Positions 8,832-18,955 of a DNA stretch of 64,000 nt are shown here, piece by piece (positions within the stretch are counted from its first letter, which is position 1; each line of letters begins with the position of its first letter). Source of the stretch: Gemmatimonadaceae bacterium (GTDB lineage: Bacteria > Gemmatimonadota > Gemmatimonadetes > Gemmatimonadales > Gemmatimonadaceae); assembly GCA_051859245.1 (NCBI GenBank), contig JBHYGA010000004.1:640001-704000 (forward strand), given 5' to 3'. The position numbers and the translations under genes were made by a program. The notes under the pieces are model-generated. The model was not told the DNA's origin. It did no database searches and saw nothing but the letters and a program-made list of their open reading frames with translations.

Positions 8832-9902
8832 GTGCTCGTACGCGCTGCACGACTCCTCCGACGGATGTATCGTCTCGCTGCCGATCCAGAACTGTCACTG
8901 CCGTACTATCCCGGCGAGCCGCGAAAAAACGCGGCACAACGATTCGCCGATTTACTGCAGTGGTACGTAAAGCATCGCGAGTTCAACGAGTTTTACTATT
9001 GCTGGGGAATGGATCGGGTGAATGGGCCGCGCATTGCGGACTTGCTGTCGTTGCGGGAGGTGCGCACAGCGCGCGACCAAAGAAACGAACGCGAAACGGA
9101 TACCGGACTCAGCTATGTCGCGCTCATGCGCGACAAGTATCTCTTCGCGCTCATTCTCAAGGCGCTCGATTTTCCGGCACCAAAGATGCTGGCGCTAATT
9201 CGCCGAGATGAAGCGGAGCTGATGGATGGGCGACGTCGACTAACGCTCAACCAGCTGCGGCAACACGTTCCGGATTTCGATGGGTTTTGCAAACCGAGAT
9301 TCGGGATGCATGGAGAGAGCGCGTTCGCGCTTCGGATTACCGGTGGCGAATTTTTCAGAAACGACCGCCCTGTATCTTCGGATGAGATCGCGGCGAGCGT
9401 AGTACATAATGTTTTCGAGGAGCGCGTCTATCAGCACCGGGCGATGTCGTTGTTGCACCCGTCCTCGGTGAACACGTTGCGCGTGATCACCGTTCGTGAC
9501 GGTGACCGCCCTCGGGTGTTTACACGCCCGCTCGTGCGATTCGGGAACGGCGGCAGTGTGGTCGACAACGGCGCCGCGGGCGGGATTCTTGTCTTTGCGG
9601 ATCCGGCAACCGGACAGCTCGTTGGTCCTGCGCTTCGCAAACGCGGCGGAGCGCTTGCTCGACATCCGGACACAAACATTGCATTCGACGGTCACGTGAT
9701 TCCGTTCTTCGCGCGGGCACTTGAGCTTGCGGAAGCGTTGCACGCGCAGCTCCCCGGACTGCATAGCGTGGGGTGGGATATCGCAATCACCGAAGACGGG
9801 CCCGTCTTTATCGAAGGGAATCATTGGTGGGGAGCCGAGATGCGACAAGGGCGGGAGCCTGACTTCAAGCGCGAGTTCGAACGACTGTTCGAAACGTCCT
9901 GA
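8832..9902 (+). CDS. Sugar-transfer-associated ATP-grasp domain protein (ATPgrasp_ST-like)
   Basis: MRDKYLF, FCKPRFG, SSVNTLRVIT, VVDNGAAGG, HPDT, VGWDIAITEDGPVFIEGN. Confidence 0.82.
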   Translation: MLVRAARLLRRMYRLAADPELSLPYYPGEPRKNAAQRFADLLQWYVKHREFNEFYYCWGMDRVNGPRIADLLSLREVRTARDQRNERETDTGLSYVALMRDKYLFALILKALDFPAPKMLALIRRDEAELMDGRRRLTLNQLRQHVPDFDGFCKPRFGMHGESAFALRITGGEFFRNDRPVSSDEIAASVVHNVFEERVYQHRAMSLLHPSSVNTLRVITVRDGDRPRVFTRPLVRFGNGGSVVDNGAAGGILVFADPATGQLVGPALRKRGGALARHPDTNIAFDGHVIPFFARALELAEALHAQLPGLHSVGWDIAITEDGPVFIEGNHWWGAEMRQGREPDFKREFERLFETS

Positions 9903-9943
9903 ATCGCCTCTCACACGCCGCTCATTCTCTCGCACACCACTTT

Positions 9944-11194
9944 GTGACTTCGCAGCGATGGGTACTCCTGGCGCTTGTCGCCGGGCTTGGCATTGGCAGC
10001 GCGCTCGCCGCGAACCCGGGCACCGCGCTCGGCCAGATCGTGCCGTGGATTGAACCGATCGGCACCATCTGGGTGAGCGCCCTGCGCATGGTGGTGGTCC
10101 CGCTGGTGATGTCGATGCTGGTGACCGGCGTGGCGACGATGTCTGACGCACGCGCGCTCCGGCGAATCGGCAGCACGTCGTTTGCGGTGTGGGTCTCGTT
10201 GCTGCTCGTCTCGGGCGCGCTTGGTCTCACCCTGGTGCCGTTTCTCTTTCAGTGGTTGACGATCGATCCACAAGCCATCGCCGCGCTTCGAGACGGAGCG
10301 GCTGAGATGGCGAACGATACGACGGCTGGCTTGTCAAAACTTCCCACGTTGCGGCAGTGGTTTGTTGATCTGGTGCCGACGAATCCAGTACGCGCGGCCG
10401 CCGACGGCGCCATGCTTCCGCTCGTGCTCTTCTCGCTCGTTTTTGGCCTCGCTGTCACACGACTTTCAACCGAACATCGCGACGCGTTGTTGCGTGTCTT
10501 TGGTGGCGTGGCAGCGGCCATGCTTGAGATCGTACGTTGGGTGTTATTGGCTTCACCAGTGGGCGTGTTTGCGTTGTCGCTAACCGTGGCGTCAAAGGTT
10601 GGTGCGATCGCGGCCGGCGCGCTCGGATACTATCTCGCCGTGACCGCGATTTCGATGGGCGTCCTGTCGCTCGTACTCTTCGCACTCGCCGCTGTCCTCG
10701 GACGCGTTGCTCCGTTGGCGCTCGCGCGCGCGTTACTGCCAGCGCAGGTTGTAGGATTTACGTCACGCTCGTCGCTCGCGACGATGCCTGCGCAAGCTGA
10801 GGCCGCGTCAAACGTGTTACGCCTTCCGCAAGCAGTCGTTGCCTTTGTGCTACCACTCGCCGTGGCAAGTTTCAAACCACACGGTCCGTTGAACTGGAGC
10901 AGTCTCGCGATCGTCTCGGCGATGCTATACGGTGTGCCGATCGGACCTGCGGAACTCTTCACGGTCGTTGGCTCGGCGATTCTGCTCAGCTTTGCCGTAC
11001 CAGGAATTCCGAGTGCCGGCATGCTGCTGATTGCACCCGTGTTTGTGAATATTGGCGTGCCCGTCGAAGCGATCGGCTTGCTGATCGCCGTTGATGCGCT
11101 GCCGGACATGTTCAAGACGGTGGCCAACGTGACCGGTCAGTTCTGTTCCGCCGTGATCGTGGCGCGGGTGTCCGGCGAAGCAGGCGTGACATAG
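9944..11194 (+). CDS. Dicarboxylate/amino acid:cation symporter (DAACS)
   Basis: LRMVVVPLV, VPTNPV, SRSSLATMP (HP1), PGIP (HP2), DMFKTVANVTG (TM8). Confidence 0.88.
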   Translation: MTSQRWVLLALVAGLGIGSALAANPGTALGQIVPWIEPIGTIWVSALRMVVVPLVMSMLVTGVATMSDARALRRIGSTSFAVWVSLLLVSGALGLTLVPFLFQWLTIDPQAIAALRDGAAEMANDTTAGLSKLPTLRQWFVDLVPTNPVRAAADGAMLPLVLFSLVFGLAVTRLSTEHRDALLRVFGGVAAAMLEIVRWVLLASPVGVFALSLTVASKVGAIAAGALGYYLAVTAISMGVLSLVLFALAAVLGRVAPLALARALLPAQVVGFTSRSSLATMPAQAEAASNVLRLPQAVVAFVLPLAVASFKPHGPLNWSSLAIVSAMLYGVPIGPAELFTVVGSAILLSFAVPGIPSAGMLLIAPVFVNIGVPVEAIGLLIAVDALPDMFKTVANVTGQFCSAVIVARVSGEAGVT

Positions 11195-11227
11195 CGCTGT
11201 CGTGCGCAGCGCCGGTCGGCGTTCGAC

Positions 11228-13609
11228 CTATTCGTCGAGCGCGTCCCGAACGGTTCGCAGCAGAGTAGGCGCGTCGAATGGTTTGACCAGAAAATGCCGC
11301 AGCGCAGTCGACGGATTCTTGCCCGCCGGGTCGGGACGACCGAGTCCGCTGGCACCAACGATGCGAATACCCGGTTCCATGCGACGCAGAACTTCAATGG
11401 TAGTGAGCCCGTCCATGTTGGGCATCATCATGTCCGTGAGCACGAGCTGCACTTGCGCCTTGTGCTTGAGATAGACGGTCACCGCCTCGGAGCCGTCTGC
11501 CGCGGTGAGCACCCGATAGCCATGTGCCTCCAGCACGTGACGCGTCACTTCACGAATGGCGACTTCGTCATCGACCACCAACACCAGCTCGCCGCGCCCC
11601 GAAGGCAGCGCGCTGCTGGTAGACAACGACTCCACGGCATTCTGTGCGCCGAGTGCCGGCAGATAGATCGAGAACTCCGTACCGCGATCAACCTGACTGC
11701 GAACGCGAATGAAGCCGCGATGATTCTTGACGATCGCAAGCGATGTGGCCAGACCGAGTCCCGTGCCCTTGCCAAGCTCCTTCGTGGTGAAGAACGGGTC
11801 GAAGATGCGATCCATGTTGGACTCGGCGATGCCTGCGCCTGTGTCAGCAATGCGAAGAATCACGTAGGGTCCGGCGTGTGCTTCAATGTTCATCGCCGCG
11901 CCCAACTCATCGATGTAGGTGTTCTCGCCACTAATGGTGAGTGATCCGCCGTTTGGCATCGCATCCCGCGCATTCACGCACAGGTTGAGCAGCACCTGGT
12001 GCAGCTGTGTTGGATCTGCTTCGATGGGCCACAGATCATTGGTCAGCTCGGTTGTGATCGCGATCTGTTTCGGGAAGGTCTCACCAGCAATCGTCAGGAC
12101 TTCACGAATAACCGCCGACGGATGCAGCTGTACGCGCCGACTCTCCAGACCGCGACCGAACGACAGCACCTGCGCGACCATGTCAGCGCCGCGCTTGGCG
12201 CTCTTGGCAATGAGCTCCAGCATTTCGCGACCATCCGCGTCGGTGATCGAGTCTTGCAACACTTCAATGGACATCATGATTGGAGCGAGCACGTTGTTCA
12301 GATCGTGCGCGATGCCGCCAGCAAGTGTTCCAATGCTCTCCATGCGTTGGGCACGCAGGAACTGCTGCTCAAGCTGTTTGCGTGTGGTAATGTCTGTATT
12401 GATCGCCATGATGGCGTAGGGCGTTCCGTTCTCGCGTCGGAGCAGCGTCCAGCGCCCCTCTACCGTCAGCGATTTTCCCTCGCGTGTTCGCTGCTGAATT
12501 TCTCCCACCCACTCGCCGCTCTCCAGTACAGCGGACGTCGCCTTGGTGAACTCGGTGGGGTCGTCGTCCAACATGGTCATGATGGACTTGTCCAGCACCT
12601 CAGCAGATGTCCATCCGTACATGCGTTCCGCGCCGCGATTCCAGAATCGGATCGTGTGATCCAGGCTTCGCACGATGATGGCGTCCTGCGCCTGATCGAG
12701 CAGCGCCGCCTGCTCCCGGAGCAGCGTTTCCGCGCGCTTGCGCTCTGTGATGTCCCGAAACGCAACAACAGCGCCGGAGAGATCGCCGCTGATTGCGCGA
12801 ATCGGAGACACCACACACTCCACCGAGAACGACGTCCCATCACGCCGGAAAAAGATTTCATCACGTGATCGCCGCACCTCACCGTCTCGCAACGTGCGTG
12901 TGATCGGACACTCGTCCGATGGATACACGTGACCATCGGCGTAGTGGTGATGCATGGTGGCGTGCATTTCCCGACCAATCAGCTCGCGCTCGGTCCAGCC
13001 CGTGAGTTCCGCCCCGGCCTTGTTGATAAACTCAATGCGCCCCGCTGCATCCAGACCAGCAATGCCTTCGACAACGGAATCCAGAATGCGCGTATGCTGC
13101 TCCATGGCTTTCGCCAGCGCCGCGTTGGTTGCGGAGAGCTGCATTGATTTTTCTTCGAGCTTTCGGATCAGTGCGCTGCGATAGGTGCCGAGCAGCGCGT
13201 CATCGTCGGGCCGCTGCTCTCGAGGTGGCGCGACGGTTCCGGCCTCAAGCACCGCGCGAATGCGACGCAAGAGCTCGTCGGGTTCCGATGGCTTGAGCAT
13301 GAAGGCATCGGCGCCGAGGTCGAGCGCGAGCCGCTCATCGGATGGCTCGGTGTACGTGGCCGTGTACACAATGAACGGCACCTGGCGCAAGGCGGGATCC
13401 GCCTTCCAGTGACGCAGCAGCGTGTAGCCATCCATTACCGGCATCAACAGATCAGATACAATAAGATCCGGTGTGTTCTGCCGTGCTAATACGAGGGCCT
13501 CGGCGCCATGCCGCGCTTGCGTTACGGCGAATCCATTGCCACTCAGCAGTGCGTCGAGAAAGTAGAGGTTGTCGTCTTTGTCATCGACGATCAATACGCG
13601 ACGCGTCAC
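11228..13609 (-). CDS. Hybrid sensor kinase REC-PAS-PAS-HisKA-HATPase-REC
   Basis: N-terminal REC (VLIVDD..SDLLMP), two PAS domains, AGGIAHDLNN, GKGTGLGL, C-terminal REC. GTG 13609 overlaps the upstream TGA. Confidence 0.9.
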   Translation of the reverse strand: MTRRVLIVDDKDDNLYFLDALLSGNGFAVTQARHGAEALVLARQNTPDLIVSDLLMPVMDGYTLLRHWKADPALRQVPFIVYTATYTEPSDERLALDLGADAFMLKPSEPDELLRRIRAVLEAGTVAPPREQRPDDDALLGTYRSALIRKLEEKSMQLSATNAALAKAMEQHTRILDSVVEGIAGLDAAGRIEFINKAGAELTGWTERELIGREMHATMHHHYADGHVYPSDECPITRTLRDGEVRRSRDEIFFRRDGTSFSVECVVSPIRAISGDLSGAVVAFRDITERKRAETLLREQAALLDQAQDAIIVRSLDHTIRFWNRGAERMYGWTSAEVLDKSIMTMLDDDPTEFTKATSAVLESGEWVGEIQQRTREGKSLTVEGRWTLLRRENGTPYAIMAINTDITTRKQLEQQFLRAQRMESIGTLAGGIAHDLNNVLAPIMMSIEVLQDSITDADGREMLELIAKSAKRGADMVAQVLSFGRGLESRRVQLHPSAVIREVLTIAGETFPKQIAITTELTNDLWPIEADPTQLHQVLLNLCVNARDAMPNGGSLTISGENTYIDELGAAMNIEAHAGPYVILRIADTGAGIAESNMDRIFDPFFTTKELGKGTGLGLATSLAIVKNHRGFIRVRSQVDRGTEFSIYLPALGAQNAVESLSTSSALPSGRGELVLVVDDEVAIREVTRHVLEAHGYRVLTAADGSEAVTVYLKHKAQVQLVLTDMMMPNMDGLTTIEVLRRMEPGIRIVGASGLGRPDPAGKNPSTALRHFLVKPFDAPTLLRTVRDALDE

Positions 13610-13995
13610 GGCATCCCCGGATGCGAAGACCAACCTGCAATGGTTGCGATTTCGTCGAGAAATGTCTCGGGGCTGATCGGCTTTTCGATGTAGCCGGTGC
13701 ATCCCGCTTCGAGGCACTTTTCGCGATCACCGACCATCGCGTACGACGTTACCGCAATCACTGGCGTCGCCCGGAGCGTCTCAATGGTGCGCAATGCCCG
13801 GGCCACTTCATAGCCGTCCATGCCGGGCAGCTGGATGTCAAGCAGAATCATATCCGGATTCAGCGCTTGTGCCTGCTGCACACCCGTCACGCCATCGGCG
13901 GCCATGTGGACCACGTATCCACGCTGCTCCAGCAAGTAGGTCGCGAGATACCGATTCTGCTCGTTGTCTTCGATCAGCAGCACAGTGCGTTGCAT
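13606..13995 (-). CDS. Single-domain response regulator (DivK-like)
   Basis: LLIEDN, LLDIQLPGMDG, AVTSYAMVGD, YIEKPI. Confidence 0.92.
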   Translation of the reverse strand: MQRTVLLIEDNEQNRYLATYLLEQRGYVVHMAADGVTGVQQAQALNPDMILLDIQLPGMDGYEVARALRTIETLRATPVIAVTSYAMVGDREKCLEAGCTGYIEKPISPETFLDEIATIAGWSSHPGMP

Positions 13996-13998
13996 TGA

Positions 13999-16374
13999 TC
14001 AGGCGCGCCGGAAGAGGGGGAGTACCACGGTGAAGACACTGCCTTGCGCCCAGGTGCTCGAGGCCTCGATCGAACCACCCAGCAGGTCGCACAATCGGCG
14101 ACAGATTGAAAGACCGAGACCGGTACCTTCGTGTTGCCGCGACAATCCGGTATCGATCTGACGAAACGGCTGGAACAGTTCCGTCAGATCTGATGCCTTG
14201 ATTCCAATACCGGTGTCAGCCACACGAAATCGCACCGCCGTGTCCTGGGCATTCACTTCAAGCGAGACGGTTCCTGAATTCGTAAACTTGATGGCGTTAT
14301 TGAGCAAGTTGAGCAGAATTTGTTCAACCCGTCGCTGATCACTGACCATCACGTGCAGCGCCGGATCTGTCACGACCCGTAGTGCAAGTCCCTTCTTCTC
14401 AGCCATCGGTCTCACGGAAGCGACGACTCGTTCAATCGCGTCAGGGAGCTCAAAGGGTTCATTGCGCACTTCGAGTTGTCCCGCCTCGATCTTGGACAGG
14501 TCGAGTACATCGTTAATGAGCGCGAGCAAATGACGTGCACTGCCGCGCACCATGCCGAGCTGCTTGGACTGTTCCGGAGTGAGTGGGCCGGCGAGCTCTT
14601 GCAGCACAATTCCTGTGAAGCCAATGATCGAATTGAGCGGCGTGCGCAGCTCATGCGACATGGTCGCCAGAAACGCGGATTTGAGCCGGTCGGCCGCTTC
14701 CGCACGTACGAGCGCGTTCTTGAGCTCCATGGTTCGCGCTTCGACTTTTTGCTCCAACTGCTCGTTCGACTCGCGAAGCATCAGCTCCGCGTGTTTACGC
14801 TCGGTAATGTCAGCGAGCGTGAGAAACACGAGCCGGTGACCGTCGGCGTAGCGAACCAACGTTCCGGAGTAACTCAGGAGCCGCTCCCAGTTCGAGTCTC
14901 GGCGCCGAACGCGGACCTCGTAGTTCTCCAGTGTGTCACCGCGGCGCACACGTGCCAGCGGCCACGCATCAAGCGCAAGTGGTGCGCCTTCAAGTGTTGC
15001 AATCTCAAAGTGCTTGTAAAACTCTCGCTGCAGTCGACGTCCTTCTTCGGCGTCGTCAAATCCGAGAATTCTGAGTGCCGCAGGATTCCAGTGCAGGAAG
15101 TTTCCGTCCGGATCTGCGATGATCAGCCCCTCACGCAGATTCTCAACGACAACCTGCAATCGCTCTTCCACTTCTCGCAGCGCGGCTTCGGCCTGCTTGC
15201 GATTGGTGATGTCAAGCGCGATACCGCCGATCAAGCGTTCGCCTCCGGTGGTGCGGAACGGGAACTTGAACAGTCGCCAGACATGAGGTTCGCCACGCAA
15301 CACCACGTCTTCCTCAGGAATCTCAAGCGGCGCATCCTGTTGGAGCAGCGCCTGATCCGAGGCGCGAATTCGTGCCGATGCCTCCGGCGAGACGAGGTCC
15401 GCAGCACTCCGGCCAATCCACTGCGTTCGATCCAGACCAAAGGCCTCGTTCCATCGGATGTTCATGTACCGATGACGCCCTTGGTCGTCGGTCATCCACG
15501 CAATCGCCGGTGACGCATCCATGAAGGCGTGAAAGCGTGCCTCACTTTCTGACAACGCCTGCGCTGCGCGATCGCGTTCAATCGCGACGGCCGCGAGATC
15601 CGTGGCCACGCGAATCAGTCGGCGATGCTGATCGGTTGGCGAGCGAACCGAATCGAAGTAGATGGCGAAGGTGCCAAGCACACGCTGCTGCGCGTCAAAA
15701 ATCGGTGTGGACCAGCACGCACGCAGCCCATGCGGCAACGCCAGGTCGCGATAGTCGGTCCACCGCGGATCCGTTGCTATATCCGTGACGATCACCTGTT
15801 CGCGCAGAAACGCAGCGGTCCCGCACGAGCCGGCGTTCGGGCCGATCGATGCACCATCGATCGCCTCCATGTACGCGCGCGGCAGCGATGGCGCAGCCCC
15901 GTGCCGCAAGTGAATGCCGTCTGGGTCGAGCAACAGCACGGAACACCGCAACTCGGAGCTTTGCGATTCGATGAACTCAAGCAGCGCCCGCAGTGAATCC
16001 GGAAGCGGCGAGCCACTCGCGATCAAAGCCAGCACGGTGTTTTGTCCGCTCACAATGGCGGCGGTCGATCGCGCGGATCGATAGGCTGATTCGACCGCCG
16101 AAAAACCGCGTCGAATGAGCAGCAGCAGCAGCACCGACGTCGCGACCACGAAGGCAAAGCCCTTGTACACGCTCCATTCAATGAACTGTGCGGAATCCCG
16201 AGCGATCGCGCTCAACGCGATGTCGGAGAAAAGAATCCACAATCCGGCAAACAGGGCGTAGGTGCCGGCAATGGCCCACGCGCGCCACGCAAAGCGGGGG
16301 CCGTCACTTAGCACGGAACCGGATTTCGCGGGAGGGTTTGCACCTGTTTCGAGTGCGGAGGGATCAGTCAGCAT
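13999..16374 (-). CDS. Membrane sensor histidine kinase (2TM-GAF-PAS-PAS-HisKA-HATPase)
   Basis: GAF GSCGTAAF...ACWSTPI; MSHELRTPLN; EGTGLGL. Confidence 0.92.
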   Translation of the reverse strand: MLTDPSALETGANPPAKSGSVLSDGPRFAWRAWAIAGTYALFAGLWILFSDIALSAIARDSAQFIEWSVYKGFAFVVATSVLLLLLIRRGFSAVESAYRSARSTAAIVSGQNTVLALIASGSPLPDSLRALLEFIESQSSELRCSVLLLDPDGIHLRHGAAPSLPRAYMEAIDGASIGPNAGSCGTAAFLREQVIVTDIATDPRWTDYRDLALPHGLRACWSTPIFDAQQRVLGTFAIYFDSVRSPTDQHRRLIRVATDLAAVAIERDRAAQALSESEARFHAFMDASPAIAWMTDDQGRHRYMNIRWNEAFGLDRTQWIGRSAADLVSPEASARIRASDQALLQQDAPLEIPEEDVVLRGEPHVWRLFKFPFRTTGGERLIGGIALDITNRKQAEAALREVEERLQVVVENLREGLIIADPDGNFLHWNPAALRILGFDDAEEGRRLQREFYKHFEIATLEGAPLALDAWPLARVRRGDTLENYEVRVRRRDSNWERLLSYSGTLVRYADGHRLVFLTLADITERKHAELMLRESNEQLEQKVEARTMELKNALVRAEAADRLKSAFLATMSHELRTPLNSIIGFTGIVLQELAGPLTPEQSKQLGMVRGSARHLLALINDVLDLSKIEAGQLEVRNEPFELPDAIERVVASVRPMAEKKGLALRVVTDPALHVMVSDQRRVEQILLNLLNNAIKFTNSGTVSLEVNAQDTAVRFRVADTGIGIKASDLTELFQPFRQIDTGLSRQHEGTGLGLSICRRLCDLLGGSIEASSTWAQGSVFTVVLPLFRRA

Positions 16375-16497
16375 GATCCGGAGAGTCTACGACATGAACC
16401 ACGACTCGGCGACTGATCCCACCCGTGAAACACGGCCCGATGCCGTTCCGTACGCGAGACCACCCACCCGTTCTCCCCCGAATCAAGCAGGCGACGC

Positions 16498-18918
16498 ATG
16501 TCGGCTCCGCTTCGTGATCTGCAACTCGCGGTTCGTTCGCTGAGAAAAACGCCGGCACTGGCCATCGTGTCGATTCTCGCGTTGACGCTCGGCATTGGCC
16601 TCACCACGATGATGTACAGCATCGTGTACGGGGCACTCATGAAAGGGCTCCCCTACGAAGACGGTGACCGGATGGTTGCCGTGATACGCATGAATCCCGA
16701 GCAGGACATCGAGCGACAGGCGATCCCCGCGCATGACTTCGCTGATTTCCGTGTCCAGCAAACCAGCTTCACCGAGCTTGGCGGCTATACGTCGGGCACG
16801 ATGAACGTGAGCGGTCGCGACCGCGCTGAACGCTTTTCCGGATCGTGGGTGACGGCGAATCTGTTGGGCATGACCGGCATCCAGCCCATTCGCGGCCGCG
16901 CCTTTCGTGCAGGCGAGGACACACCGGCGGGACCCAAAGTCGCGTTGCTTGGTCACGCGCTTTGGCAATCGTACTACGGCGGCGACGAGTCGGTGCTTGG
17001 CACGTCTATTCGCGTGAACGGCGTGCCGTACGAAATCATTGGCATCATGCCTGAAAACTTTCGCTTTCCGAACGACGATCAACTGTGGCTGCCGTGGCAG
17101 ACGGATGCGCTCGCAACGGAGCGCGGTGAAGGTGACTTCCTCGCTGTTGCGGGTAAACTGCGACCCGGCGTCTCACTCGAGCAAGCGAACGCGGAGCTGA
17201 GTACGATTTCGCGGCGGCTCGAGGCGGAATACCCCAAATCGAACACGGGATTTACGGCCGTCGCGATGTCCTTTGTTGATCGACAGCTGGGCGACGAACC
17301 GCGTCAACTGCTGCTCACCATGCTCGGCGCCGTCTTCTTTGTACTGCTGATCGCGTGCGCGAACGTTGCCAACTTGCTGCTGGATCGTGCGGCCCATCGC
17401 AGCAAGGAAGTGGGTGTACGGGCCGCGCTTGGCGCCACGCGCGCTCAGATTATTCGCCTGTTCCTCACCGAATCACTTGTCCTGTGTGCATCCGGTGCGG
17501 TGTTGGGCATGATCCTGGCATGGTTCGCTATCAGCGCGTTTAATCGTGCCATCGTCGACACGCAGCCGCCGTTCTTCATTGATATCGCGTTGCATCCACC
17601 GGTGTTGCTGTTCGCCGTTGTGGTTGCGTTGTTGTCAACGCTCTTGTCGGGACTGATCCCGGCGTTCCAGGCGTCGCGTCCGGATATCGCCGAGGTGCTC
17701 AAAGACGAATCACGCGGTGCATCGAGCCGCAAGCTGGTGCGACTGAGCAAGACTCTAGTGGTGTTTGAAATCGCGTTGTCATGTGGCCTGTTGGTCGCAG
17801 CTGGTCTGATGATCAAGAGCGTGACCAACACACGCACCATGGAACTTGGTTTCGATAGTAATGCGGTGTTCACTGCGCGTGTTGGTTTCCCCGCGGCGTA
17901 TACGGATACGCTCGCGCAGCAACAGTTTTTTGCCACACTCGAAGAACGCGTGGCCGCGATTCCCGGTGTGCAGAGTGCATCGCTCAGCGGCGGGCTCCCT
18001 GGTGCTAGAACGGGTGCCTCGTACACGCAGTTCGCGCTGGATGGTGCGATCTACACGCGAGACCGCGACTATCCCGACTCGCGGTCTCTGATCGTGACCC
18101 CGCGGTTCTTCAGCACGCTCGCCATTCCGCTTCGTGAAGGACGGTTGTTTACAGACGCAGACCGCGCTGGTTCGCTCCCGGTGGCGATCGTGACCGAACG
18201 ATTTGTCGAACAGCATCTCAAGGGTGGCGAGGCGATAGGGCGACGCATCCGGTTGGGTACCAGCGAGAGCACACAACCGTGGCTTACCATCGTGGGGGTT
18301 GTGCCGAGTGTGTTTGGCGGCGATCCCGATGAACCGCGTCCCGCAATGCTCTTCCGTCCCATGGCGCAGCAATACACGTCATTTCTGTACATCGCAGCGC
18401 GTACGTCGCTGCCACCCATGGATCTGATGATTCCAGTGCGTGATGCCGTCTCTTCACTCAATCCGGATGTGCCGATCTATTGGCCCATGCCGTTAACGCA
18501 GGCGATCGCCGAGCCGCTGTGGTTCATTCGTGTGTTCGGCACGCTGTTCATGATCTTCGGTTTCGTGGCCCTCTTTCTCGCGAGCATTGGACTGTACGCG
18601 GTCATGTCGTTCACCGTGAGTCGTCGATCGCGCGAAATGGGCGTTCGCATGGCGCTCGGCGCCTCCGCACGCGATGTGATCCGGTTGATTTTCCGTCAGG
18701 GCGCCTGGCAGCTTGGCATTGGCCTCGTGCTCGGTCTGGCGTTTGCCGCGGGCGTGTCGCGCGTGATGAGCGTGATTCTGTTTGATGTGCAGCCGTTTGA
18801 TATCACCGTATTTGGCGGCGTGGCGGCGGTGCTGATGGCCACGGGTGCGCTGGCATGTTTGATTCCCGCGCGCCGTGCAACGTTGGTGGATCCGGCGGTG
18901 GCCATGCGCAGCGAGTAG
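16498..18918 (+). CDS. ADOP family duplicated ABC permease
   Basis: LTLGIGLTT, LLIACANVANL, REMGVRMALGA, PARRATLVDP. Confidence 0.92.
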   Translation: MSAPLRDLQLAVRSLRKTPALAIVSILALTLGIGLTTMMYSIVYGALMKGLPYEDGDRMVAVIRMNPEQDIERQAIPAHDFADFRVQQTSFTELGGYTSGTMNVSGRDRAERFSGSWVTANLLGMTGIQPIRGRAFRAGEDTPAGPKVALLGHALWQSYYGGDESVLGTSIRVNGVPYEIIGIMPENFRFPNDDQLWLPWQTDALATERGEGDFLAVAGKLRPGVSLEQANAELSTISRRLEAEYPKSNTGFTAVAMSFVDRQLGDEPRQLLLTMLGAVFFVLLIACANVANLLLDRAAHRSKEVGVRAALGATRAQIIRLFLTESLVLCASGAVLGMILAWFAISAFNRAIVDTQPPFFIDIALHPPVLLFAVVVALLSTLLSGLIPAFQASRPDIAEVLKDESRGASSRKLVRLSKTLVVFEIALSCGLLVAAGLMIKSVTNTRTMELGFDSNAVFTARVGFPAAYTDTLAQQQFFATLEERVAAIPGVQSASLSGGLPGARTGASYTQFALDGAIYTRDRDYPDSRSLIVTPRFFSTLAIPLREGRLFTDADRAGSLPVAIVTERFVEQHLKGGEAIGRRIRLGTSESTQPWLTIVGVVPSVFGGDPDEPRPAMLFRPMAQQYTSFLYIAARTSLPPMDLMIPVRDAVSSLNPDVPIYWPMPLTQAIAEPLWFIRVFGTLFMIFGFVALFLASIGLYAVMSFTVSRRSREMGVRMALGASARDVIRLIFRQGAWQLGIGLVLGLAFAAGVSRVMSVILFDVQPFDITVFGGVAAVLMATGALACLIPARRATLVDPAVAMRSE

Positions 18919-18955
18919 TCTCGCGCTCGCCCTGTACACGCGTCATATTCGCGCC

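Noticed and set aside
8696..8970. Possible RiPP (graspetide) precursor beside the ATP-grasp gene
   Set aside because: No short ORF with a leader or Thr/Ser/Lys-Asp/Glu core repeats, and the ligase looks like ATPgrasp_ST rather than a MvdC/D type.
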